DNA of 64,000 nucleotides, from the NCBI GenBank assembly GCA_913009835.1, contig CAJVXH010000001.1, positions 1,992-65,991 of the forward strand, read 5' to 3'. This DNA is from an uncultured bacterium. GTDB taxonomy: Bacteria > Electryoneota > Electryoneia > Electryoneales > Electryoneaceae. Below, one piece after another: positions 30,339-38,930 of the stretch. The position numbers and the translations under genes are program-made. Positions within the stretch are counted from its first letter, which is position 1; each line of letters starts with the position of its first letter. The notes under the pieces were generated by a model. That model ran no database searches and had not been told where the DNA came from. It saw only the letters and a program-made list of their open reading frames with translations.

Positions 30339-33300
30339 CTATTGATCGGATGACTTGTAGACTAATCGATATTTTGCTGGATATATGAGTAGCTTACCTT
30401 TCTCACGCATATCCATCAACCTGAGACCTGTTACCTCCAGTGGTTCGTCATCATCATCTTGCAATAAGAGGGAATATTTGTTTGGATATTTATAACATAA
30501 TCTCCATACGTCAGCATCTAGTTGAAGAGGCCCTCTTTCAAGGCAATGTTCCTTGATACAATAACACTTAAGTAGTTCTCCAAGCGAGGATCTTCTTTCC
30601 CACGGGAAACTTTGAACAACGCTCTCTCTTGCAATCCAGCTGCCATCTTCGTGAATGAATCGGTCTTTCCCATCATTGAAATACCCTTGAGCTTTTGCGA
30701 ATCGTTCAATGAAGGAAATCATGCCTTTCGCCGATTTCTGCAGTCGTTGTGGTAAGCGAACATTTCCTGAATCTATCCCATCCTGTTCATCTCCAGCGTC
30801 TTTGCCCACAATAACTTCTTCAACTTCTCCTTTGTTTTCTGATGATACGGGGGTTCCATCTTCTCCGGTTTTTCTATTACTGGATTCCACTTCTGTTGCT
30901 TTCCCGTTTTCAATCGTATTATGACCAACAGCGATTTTTTCTTCGGATTTGATATTATTAACTCTTTGATCAACATCCACTCCCGGTACTAGTTCAAAAT
31001 TCTCTTCCATGTACTCAGAAATAAATTCTGGAGAACGGTCATAGCAAAGCTTGATCGCGTCATTAATTTCAGATTGTGCGAATACACGGCCCAATTCTCT
31101 AGCGACTGCCATTGCCATCCTAGGTGCTGACAGATCTTCAACAAATAGTCGCCTATCTTTCCAGAAAGCTGTTATTCGTCGTTGTGTTCCTACAGGTGTT
31201 CCGTCTATGTAAGGGATTGTCTCCAGGCCGGATATAACTAACAACTCCGATTCTCTAAGCTGGTCAGCGAGATTATGTATTCGCAGTGTATCTTCCTCGC
31301 TATTGAGATTGACACGACAAAGCTCTGCCCCAATTGCAGTTAACCAAGGTAGTTTTTCAGGAGCCTGAGAAACTGAGGGTTCTTCCAGAATGCGTTCTTC
31401 AATTGAATCTCCCAAACTGTCAAGTTCTGAAAACGGGTACTGAGTATAAATTTCTGAAGGCAGCACTTGGAGATCAGCCGTTATCTGCTTAATAGAATCA
31501 AAAAGATGCTTTCGTGGAATTAACGTTTGCATTGTTAATGAATAGACCAACTGTTCAGTAGGCACCCATTCATTATTAATATTAAACCAATATTTGCATT
31601 CTTTCCAAATTCGAATTGGATATAGTGATAACAAAGATTTAATACGGCGTATTTCATCACCAGAAGGAATTTGTCCTGATGGAAGCTGCTTCAACCATTC
31701 GAGTGTTAGATCAACAGTTGGATGATCTTTGATCCCCAATCTTCGCCATAAGCTTAGGTTTTGAAACGACGAATTAACAATTGCTGCACCAAGTATACTC
31801 TCTTCATCAGCAGCTAAGAATACTTCTTCGATACTAGCCCATTTACCATCATCAGTTAATATTAGTTTTTCCGTCTTGAACAAATTCTTTATTTCCTCAA
31901 ACTCATCTGTGTCGCACCTGCAAACCAGTTGATCTACGTATTGATACCATTTTACTAGTTCGAATAATGGCGGATTGTTCATCTCTGATAGATTTCGAAT
32001 CCTCTCAATTAATCGATTTGATCCTGTAGGTGTATCTCGCACACCGAGTCTAGCCAGCAGAGGTCGTAAGGCTTCGGTATCATACTCAGCCTTTATAAAC
32101 GGTTCCACTTCAAGAAGTGGCTCTGTTTCTGGTGTACGACGGAGAAGCTCAGCTGGTTGCCGCATTTTCCCTCTGGTGTCTTCTATACAGGGAAGACCTC
32201 TGAGTTTCACTATCCAGCTTGGAAGAAGAGTATTTGAAGTTACCGGCCTTTCTGTCCAATCGCGGCTTTCCTGGGTAGCTTTTGCATTCAAGGCTTTTGC
32301 CCAGTGTCTTGGATCCTGTTCTAGGATTTGATTGCCAAGTTTGCCCCAAAAACTCGGATCTGATTCATAATTATTCTCCCAGTATTTCCAGTGCTTGCTA
32401 TCGAAATCCCATCCATCAATCAGGTAGCGGTCAGTCTTATATGGGAAGGATGGTACGGACTCCAATCCCAGTGATTTCATTAATTCTATAAACTTATTTC
32501 GATTATAATAGACATCTCTTCTTTTGTCCAATGACACAAAGTCATTCAGTTTGCTCCTGGCTGATTTGATCCATTCTTCCCACTCTTCTTTTGAGCAAGA
32601 AGTGTAGTTACCAAAATATTCATCATGAATAACATGTTCTTCACACCATTCTTTTGAGACAAATTTATTTAGATTACCATATGAATCAATGTGTATAGCG
32701 CTATCAACAGCTTTCAGCATTCCATCTCTTGTAACGTACTTAAATTTCTCAGATGCTGTGGCCTTCAGCGCTGCAGCTATATGAGCGATCCGTATATAGT
32801 CTTTAATATTACTGTCATCTTGTGAGAAGATATAGTCTGCCACTAATTCAATGATCTTACTAGTATCTGATGATTCTGCCATCTTTACTGAGGATAAAAC
32901 TGAATATGCAACCTCTACTTGTTTCGCAAATCTCAGATCTTCGCATTCTGTAGCTAGTCTTCTTTGTTTTGCCAGATAACGAGTCCAACTTTGATTTAAT
33001 ACGAGTATACGTCTTGACAAGAATTTCCAATCGTCATTAGATCTCAATAATTTTCTTTCACCAAACCTAATAACTTCGTATGCTGCGTAGAGATTGCTCT
33101 TTCCACGAACAGGAAGGATCCTAACTCCTTTATGATCAGGATAATAACTAGTTACTTCTTCAGAAAGATATTCCCATAGGATCAAGAGCTGTTTCCAACT
33201 TCCAGGTTTTGGTAGGCGTCTTCGTTTAAGAGTATCAATGATTTCCGACTTTTGAAGTTCATTGACACAGCTCCAACGAACAAGCTTCTTTCTATTTGTA

Positions 33301-34559
33301 TCACTCACGCTCCTTGAGAGGATTGCTTTATCATCGGAACAAAGGAATTTGGAAATATGATTTGTATCCCAGATTTCTAGTAACTCAGGTGGTACAGAGA
33401 CACACCCTTTCCATCGCTGAAGATTTCCATCCTCGTCGAGAAGAAATGGAATCTCTTTTATCCATTCCTCGAAAGCCAATTCAACAATTGTTCCACACGA
33501 CCCCTCAATCGAGTTATCCTCTCTGTCGACATCAGGAAAGATCGAGTAAGCATGGCAACGACTTTCGATTGATTCGGTTGTGGTGTTTAACCAAGCACGC
33601 ATTGCAGCTGAAGCGATCTTCCCTGACCGCTCGAGCAACCAACGATTAGTAGGAGAAATCTCGGGGCTCTTTATTTTAACGCGGGCTGGATCTTGTATGA
33701 AAGGAGCGTTACAAGCGAATGGTAGTGTCGTCTTGACACCAGTCGGTAGAATTACAAACAATCTACCTTGAAGTCCAAGGACAATTTCAACCCGGGCAGG
33801 AGGGAACTCGGTTTCCTCAGAATTTGTTACCCTTCTCTCTTCCTTAATTTCTTCTAATGCATCTGCAGGAAATTCCTCAGGGTCAGATTTGATCAGCAAA
33901 TATTTCTTGTCAGGTGCAGTGGAAAGATACATCCACTCGGAATTTTCAATGGGGCCTATTGCTGACGCTACCCAGCTTACATCTTGATCTTCTATCCTGA
34001 GACTTCGGAGATGCCTGAAAAACAAAAGCGAAGTAGGGCTACTAACCCATTCAGCAAAATTTTTCTTCAGTTCAGCAATACAATGCTCGTTTTCAATCTT
34101 CACTCGTATTTCAGTTGCATCCAGTACATTTTCTCTTTCTATCCAAATAGGCTCCGTAAATCTGGTCTTATTGAAGCGGATGGACAGGGTAGGAGTAAGC
34201 AACACAACATCTTTTCCAAGACTGAACGTGCTCTTGAAACCGATACCTCGAAATCCAATCGTATGAAGGGTACGCTTGTTTGAATAACCAAAACGGCAAA
34301 GCGAAGTAAGATGCTCTTCAGAAAAATCATCTCCATCATGACGAAAAATAAATTCATTATCAACAATATCGACACTTGCACAAGTTGCATGAGCATCATC
34401 TGCGTTCTGGAGTAATTCTGATATTACGTGTCTTGGACTTTGAACTTGGTTAAAGAGTTGGTGCCAAGGCCCAGCCAAATCCGGGTCGTTCTCAAGCTGA
34501 TCCCACCGTTTGGAAGCCTGAGAACGAATTGACTCGAAATATGTGGGCTTATGGCACAT
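30339..34559 (-). CDS. Sacsin/MORC-like GHKL ATPase, 1406 aa, last gene of the defence operon
   Basis: N-box ISELLQNADDAHAT and G2 box GFRGIGFKSTF near the N-terminus; large C-terminal region; 80 bp downstream of the DUF499 gene on the same strand. Confidence 0.7.
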   Translation of the reverse strand: MCHKPTYFESIRSQASKRWDQLENDPDLAGPWHQLFNQVQSPRHVISELLQNADDAHATCASVDIVDNEFIFRHDGDDFSEEHLTSLCRFGYSNKRTLHTIGFRGIGFKSTFSLGKDVVLLTPTLSIRFNKTRFTEPIWIERENVLDATEIRVKIENEHCIAELKKNFAEWVSSPTSLLFFRHLRSLRIEDQDVSWVASAIGPIENSEWMYLSTAPDKKYLLIKSDPEEFPADALEEIKEERRVTNSEETEFPPARVEIVLGLQGRLFVILPTGVKTTLPFACNAPFIQDPARVKIKSPEISPTNRWLLERSGKIASAAMRAWLNTTTESIESRCHAYSIFPDVDREDNSIEGSCGTIVELAFEEWIKEIPFLLDEDGNLQRWKGCVSVPPELLEIWDTNHISKFLCSDDKAILSRSVSDTNRKKLVRWSCVNELQKSEIIDTLKRRRLPKPGSWKQLLILWEYLSEEVTSYYPDHKGVRILPVRGKSNLYAAYEVIRFGERKLLRSNDDWKFLSRRILVLNQSWTRYLAKQRRLATECEDLRFAKQVEVAYSVLSSVKMAESSDTSKIIELVADYIFSQDDSNIKDYIRIAHIAAALKATASEKFKYVTRDGMLKAVDSAIHIDSYGNLNKFVSKEWCEEHVIHDEYFGNYTSCSKEEWEEWIKSARSKLNDFVSLDKRRDVYYNRNKFIELMKSLGLESVPSFPYKTDRYLIDGWDFDSKHWKYWENNYESDPSFWGKLGNQILEQDPRHWAKALNAKATQESRDWTERPVTSNTLLPSWIVKLRGLPCIEDTRGKMRQPAELLRRTPETEPLLEVEPFIKAEYDTEALRPLLARLGVRDTPTGSNRLIERIRNLSEMNNPPLFELVKWYQYVDQLVCRCDTDEFEEIKNLFKTEKLILTDDGKWASIEEVFLAADEESILGAAIVNSSFQNLSLWRRLGIKDHPTVDLTLEWLKQLPSGQIPSGDEIRRIKSLLSLYPIRIWKECKYWFNINNEWVPTEQLVYSLTMQTLIPRKHLFDSIKQITADLQVLPSEIYTQYPFSELDSLGDSIEERILEEPSVSQAPEKLPWLTAIGAELCRVNLNSEEDTLRIHNLADQLRESELLVISGLETIPYIDGTPVGTQRRITAFWKDRRLFVEDLSAPRMAMAVARELGRVFAQSEINDAIKLCYDRSPEFISEYMEENFELVPGVDVDQRVNNIKSEEKIAVGHNTIENGKATEVESSNRKTGEDGTPVSSENKGEVEEVIVGKDAGDEQDGIDSGNVRLPQRLQKSAKGMISFIERFAKAQGYFNDGKDRFIHEDGSWIARESVVQSFPWERRSSLGELLKCYCIKEHCLERGPLQLDADVWRLCYKYPNKYSLLLQDDDDEPLEVTGLRLMDMREKGKLLIYPAKYRLVYKSSDQ

Positions 34560-34639
34560 GCAGATCAGATCCTCTTGGGACCAATGTTTTCTCTACGCTG
34601 TCGCATTTTCATCCTGGAATAACCTCTGGAAGATACCTA

Positions 34640-37600
34640 TCAATCACGCTCGAAATTGTTGATGTCAAAACCTAGCGTGTTGCTGTTTTCTGCAACGATT
34701 CTAACTAGATCATCGCCAATTCCGTTTGAGACGGTAATCCGAATTTCCAAGCTTACTTCTATATCTGCACCAGGAAGAGTTGATAGATGTTGGATCACTT
34801 CTTCAGCTACTTGGCCAGCATCGCGACCTATCCTGTCACTGTTGAGCTTCACAGATCCAATGAATGTTGTTGGCTTCCGCTGTCGATCCTCTTGATCGTT
34901 TTTACCATCATCCTTTCTATCTCCCCCACCAATTTCCTTATCACCATTGCCATTGTCACCACCGTTCTTTTGCTCTTTTTCTTTCCTCTCACGGTCCAGC
35001 TGAACTGTTGCCACGTCCGGCTTGACAATCAGAGTTCCATTTTCAAGGACAACTTCTTGACCGTAACGCAGTCCAACATATTTGTCTTTTACTTCATCAT
35101 ATCCATCGGCAACAGCAAAGGTCTCCTCGATAACCGTTCGGTTAATTCCATCCTGGATAGCTCTATCCAACGTTGCACGATCACGGATGCGTGACAAATA
35201 GATATAGCGTGAGAAGTAGTCCAGCAGATCTTTGAAAGCGATGTGGTTTCGGTCATTCCAGAGATATCGATCGATTTCCATTCGCAGCCGTGCGCCACCC
35301 ATCACAGGCATGAGTAATTCTTCGTGAACAAGTTTTGCAGCTGTACGTTTTGCAAGTGGATTGTTCCCATTGGCTCGAATTACCTGCCATTCTATTTCTT
35401 TGGCAGGGTCAGGTTGGATGGGGACAATCGCATGAACCCAGGTTTCTAGAATACGAAGATCAACCGTTTCGTTTGAGCTTGACAAATTGGCACTAGCTTG
35501 ACGACGGCCATAAGCGTCAAGGTTCAATTCTTCCTTTTCTTCGTTTATCGACTTCCATGCCAAGTATTGCGCTGTCGCTTGCAGAAGATCATCGAGGGTC
35601 TTCTTGTCTGCGGTTAGGAATACAACCATGTTCCGCAACAAACGTGGTGAATTTCCTCGAGTTTCAAGGATCAGCTTTGCCTGCTTAATTGCGTCAGTAT
35701 CGACCTTTCCCTTCCGGTGGGCGTGTTCAGGTCCGAGAATAACGAGTCGTGCCTCAGGTTCATCCGATACTTCATTCGTAGCGATTGGGCAGCGATGCAC
35801 CGCTGCAAATTCGCCCCGAGTCTGGTCATTCCGTATTCGCTGGACGATTTCTGCATAAAGACCTTCGACCTGCCGCGAATGTTCATTCGTGCGATCATCG
35901 GCCAGTCTGTTCAGATTCGCCTTGGTTGAAATCCAGTATCTGTTGCCATCATGATGAATATGAGCGGCTCTATCAGTGATTCGTCGCAACGCATCCCCAA
36001 AGGTCGCTGTCGCTTCTCCAGGTTGAACGCATCCGAGCCGAATCGCACGATCATTAATGCCCGGGTTGCTACCTTTCGATCCCGGAGCCGTTCCTACATA
36101 CAGTGTTCTTGCAACACGTCGACAAGCAGAATAACGCCCAAGGGTGCTTGCGTTCTCACCATCCAATTTATATGGCAAGGAACTTGGACCATCAACATCT
36201 GCGCTGATGATGGGTTCCCAAACATCTTCAAGGAACTGCGTCAGCTCAGACTTCACTGCATTGTCATCCATTGGAATGGTCGCGGGCATAATCAGCAGGC
36301 TACCATCTTGTGAACTCCACATTCGATGAATCACCTTTGCTAGAAGACGCAACACGCCACGAGTCCGTTGGAACTTATCAAGCGTTGACCATTCACCATA
36401 AAGCTTATCGAATAATTCTGGGTGAAAAGGATAGGCGAGCTCTAGTCTTCTACGATATGCACCTTCTTTGCATTCATTTGGGAAATCGTTTTGAGACGAT
36501 TGGTACATTTGCGAAAAAGCACCAACAACAGCATCTCGAGCAACAAAGTCATCGCGGTCAGTGATTGGTTCAAATAAACGTCGACGAACGATTTCAAAGC
36601 CTTCTTCAGCTGTTGCAGGACGCCAGGGCTTGCCTAATCGCTTGAACACTCCTTTTAATGATTCGAGTGCAAACTCGCCATTCTCCCCACCGATCTCGAT
36701 CCTCGATGCTGGCAGGGTCGCCACGACTAATGTATTTTCTGCTGCTCGAGCTGCTTCAGTAAGGGCTTGGGCGAAGGATGCCTGAGACTCAAAATCTCCA
36801 CTTGCAAGATCATGTTTCCCGACCGTCTGGCGAGCATATGCGACCCATTCGTCGATCAGGATGATACACGGAGCTGCCGCATTGAATAATTCTGACAGAA
36901 TCTCAGATCCGGGACTTATCCCGTTTCTGTCGGAATCTGCAACCATGTCATAGCCATCTTTACCTGCAAGCTGCCATGCCATTTCTCCCCAAAGCGTTCG
37001 GATCTCGGTGCCATCATGTTTAGTGACGACCTCACCGGGTGAAAGCGCTGTGCCAACCAATACTGCTCGACTAGCCGCAGGAGCATGGTCAAGCTCCAAC
37101 TCCTTCAGGATGTCTTCCATTCCAGGGAGGGCTGTAGATCTTTCCTCACTGAACAGGTGAAAGAGTGCCAGCATGGAGTGTGTCTTCCCGCCACCAAAAT
37201 TGGTCTGCAGTTCAACTACTGGCTCGCCACCTTTGCCGGACAATCTGAGAAGGGCATCTTTCAAGAGATCTTTTATACCAGCAGTGATGAAAGTGCGCCT
37301 ATAAAACTCAACCGCGTCCTGGTATTCTGAAGTGGCTTCGCCTCTAGCAACTTGAGATAGATCTGCAGCAAACTCAGCTTGTTGGTATTGACCGGACGCA
37401 ACATCAGGATGAGGAACGATGACTTCACGCCATGGCTTAAGGCTGGCGGTTGGAGAACCTTCTACTGCGACAGTGTACCTTGTCTTGTTTCTTGACTGCT
37501 CAGCGTATACGGTACGCTGGAGCGCTATTTTCATTTTACCGATTTCTTCAGCTTGTTTGCTGGCTGATATGGCTTGAAGAAGTCGTTGGATTGAATCAAG

Positions 37601-37945
37601 GGCTCTGTAAGTATCGTCAGAGTTAAACGGCTCTTCATGGGCATGGCGGTTTCGAACATCCATCAGCTCGCTGACAAGGGAGCGCTCAAAGTGTCCAAGT
37701 ACCTCCCGAAATACTTCATTCCATACGTCCCACATCACTTTGAGGAGGGCTTGGCTGTCCCATCGAATATTCCCATCACTGTTCCGGTCAAGAGGGAACC
37801 GCCGCCGACCATCGATGGTGATGTCCCAGTCGTTTCCGAAATGGTTCTTCAGGTGGCGTTCGATGAAGGGAATCAAGCCATCACGCAGAAGATTCAAACC
37901 ACTGTCAACACGCTCTCTATTCGAGATAGCCACACTCAACCTCAC
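34640..37945 (-). CDS. DUF499-family ATPase with N-terminal Swt1-like HEPN domain
   Basis: 1101 aa with an N-terminal MDVRNRHAHEE (R-x4-H HEPN motif) and the P-loop QTNFGGGKTHSMLALFHL. The overall architecture matches DUF499. Confidence 0.75.
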   Translation of the reverse strand: MRLSVAISNRERVDSGLNLLRDGLIPFIERHLKNHFGNDWDITIDGRRRFPLDRNSDGNIRWDSQALLKVMWDVWNEVFREVLGHFERSLVSELMDVRNRHAHEEPFNSDDTYRALDSIQRLLQAISASKQAEEIGKMKIALQRTVYAEQSRNKTRYTVAVEGSPTASLKPWREVIVPHPDVASGQYQQAEFAADLSQVARGEATSEYQDAVEFYRRTFITAGIKDLLKDALLRLSGKGGEPVVELQTNFGGGKTHSMLALFHLFSEERSTALPGMEDILKELELDHAPAASRAVLVGTALSPGEVVTKHDGTEIRTLWGEMAWQLAGKDGYDMVADSDRNGISPGSEILSELFNAAAPCIILIDEWVAYARQTVGKHDLASGDFESQASFAQALTEAARAAENTLVVATLPASRIEIGGENGEFALESLKGVFKRLGKPWRPATAEEGFEIVRRRLFEPITDRDDFVARDAVVGAFSQMYQSSQNDFPNECKEGAYRRRLELAYPFHPELFDKLYGEWSTLDKFQRTRGVLRLLAKVIHRMWSSQDGSLLIMPATIPMDDNAVKSELTQFLEDVWEPIISADVDGPSSLPYKLDGENASTLGRYSACRRVARTLYVGTAPGSKGSNPGINDRAIRLGCVQPGEATATFGDALRRITDRAAHIHHDGNRYWISTKANLNRLADDRTNEHSRQVEGLYAEIVQRIRNDQTRGEFAAVHRCPIATNEVSDEPEARLVILGPEHAHRKGKVDTDAIKQAKLILETRGNSPRLLRNMVVFLTADKKTLDDLLQATAQYLAWKSINEEKEELNLDAYGRRQASANLSSSNETVDLRILETWVHAIVPIQPDPAKEIEWQVIRANGNNPLAKRTAAKLVHEELLMPVMGGARLRMEIDRYLWNDRNHIAFKDLLDYFSRYIYLSRIRDRATLDRAIQDGINRTVIEETFAVADGYDEVKDKYVGLRYGQEVVLENGTLIVKPDVATVQLDRERKEKEQKNGGDNGNGDKEIGGGDRKDDGKNDQEDRQRKPTTFIGSVKLNSDRIGRDAGQVAEEVIQHLSTLPGADIEVSLEIRITVSNGIGDDLVRIVAENSNTLGFDINNFERD

Positions 37946-37972
37946 ATCGTTAAATGTTGTAACCCGTCTGAA

Positions 37973-38605
37973 TCAATCTTCATCGTTACTATTTAAATCG
38001 CCCTCAAGGGTCTCAAGCTTTGATACATCTATGAAACATTTTATAGGATTCATAATATTTTCAAATGCTTCTTGCTGACTTTCAATTCGAAGACGCTGTA
38101 TTGAACCCGATGCCTCCGCTGGAAGCTCAGATAACGGGTAATAGTCCTGGATGCCACTACTCGATATATAGGATTCAAACCCAGATGGATATGGTGTTGT
38201 ACGACCATCCCAGTCGCCATGGTGCATTAAACAACCGCTGGGAGCTGGTGACTCTCCAATAAACGCCAGTCCAAATGGCTGTTGGTCAATCGCGTAAGCT
38301 CTTTCATCAATTCTATTTGCGTTAGCCATGCAGTAAGCCACGCCTTCATCTGAGCCTGAGGTCATCACGAAAACCGAATCACATTTATCCAGCAAAGGCT
38401 GCGGAAAACTTCCTGTCGGCAGTTGATCTGGTGATACAATTTTCCATGTATTCAATGGGCATAGATCGAGCCATTTCTCTTTAGATTGGTTCTCTACGTT
38501 GAACCAAGATAGTTTTTTCTTTGACTTCTTTTTAGCCATATCAATCTCCACGATCCGCAAAAATGGATGCTTTGCGCACTCCCTCGCTGCGAACTTTTTC
38601 AACAA
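37973..38605 (-). CDS. Hypothetical protein in defence operon
   Basis: 210-aa ORF (a possible later start is MAKKKSKKK), tightly spaced between the methyltransferase and DUF499 genes. Confidence 0.4.
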   Translation of the reverse strand: MLKKFAARECAKHPFLRIVEIDMAKKKSKKKLSWFNVENQSKEKWLDLCPLNTWKIVSPDQLPTGSFPQPLLDKCDSVFVMTSGSDEGVAYCMANANRIDERAYAIDQQPFGLAFIGESPAPSGCLMHHGDWDGRTTPYPSGFESYISSSGIQDYYPLSELPAEASGSIQRLRIESQQEAFENIMNPIKCFIDVSKLETLEGDLNSNDED

Positions 38606-38609
38606 TCAG

Positions 38610-38918
38610 TTAATCAAGACGGACGACTAAATATGGTCTTTTCCAACCTTCACGTTTGCTCGAGTCGACAATCCCATCTATCTCTTGGTCAGAAAGATGG
38701 AGCCTATTTCGTAGAGTTATACGGAGTTCACGTTCATTAAGCCTTGAATAATCAGAACCATCATTATAAACCACACGACCACCTGTGCATTGAATGCCTC
38801 CAGTAGCATCATCCCATATTTGAAATTTCAGATCCTCTGCTTGTTCTTTCAACTGTTGAATCTGGATCGAGACATCGACTAGTTGTTGGGCAAGTTGCTC
38901 AGGTGTATTTGAGCTCAT
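38610..38918 (-). CDS. Hypothetical small protein in defence operon
   Basis: 102-aa ORF, 12 bp after the methyltransferase stop and 4 bp before the next ORF. Confidence 0.4.
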   Translation of the reverse strand: MSSNTPEQLAQQLVDVSIQIQQLKEQAEDLKFQIWDDATGGIQCTGGRVVYNDGSDYSRLNERELRITLRNRLHLSDQEIDGIVDSSKREGWKRPYLVVRLD

Positions 38919-38930
38919 TTTTGATCCTTT

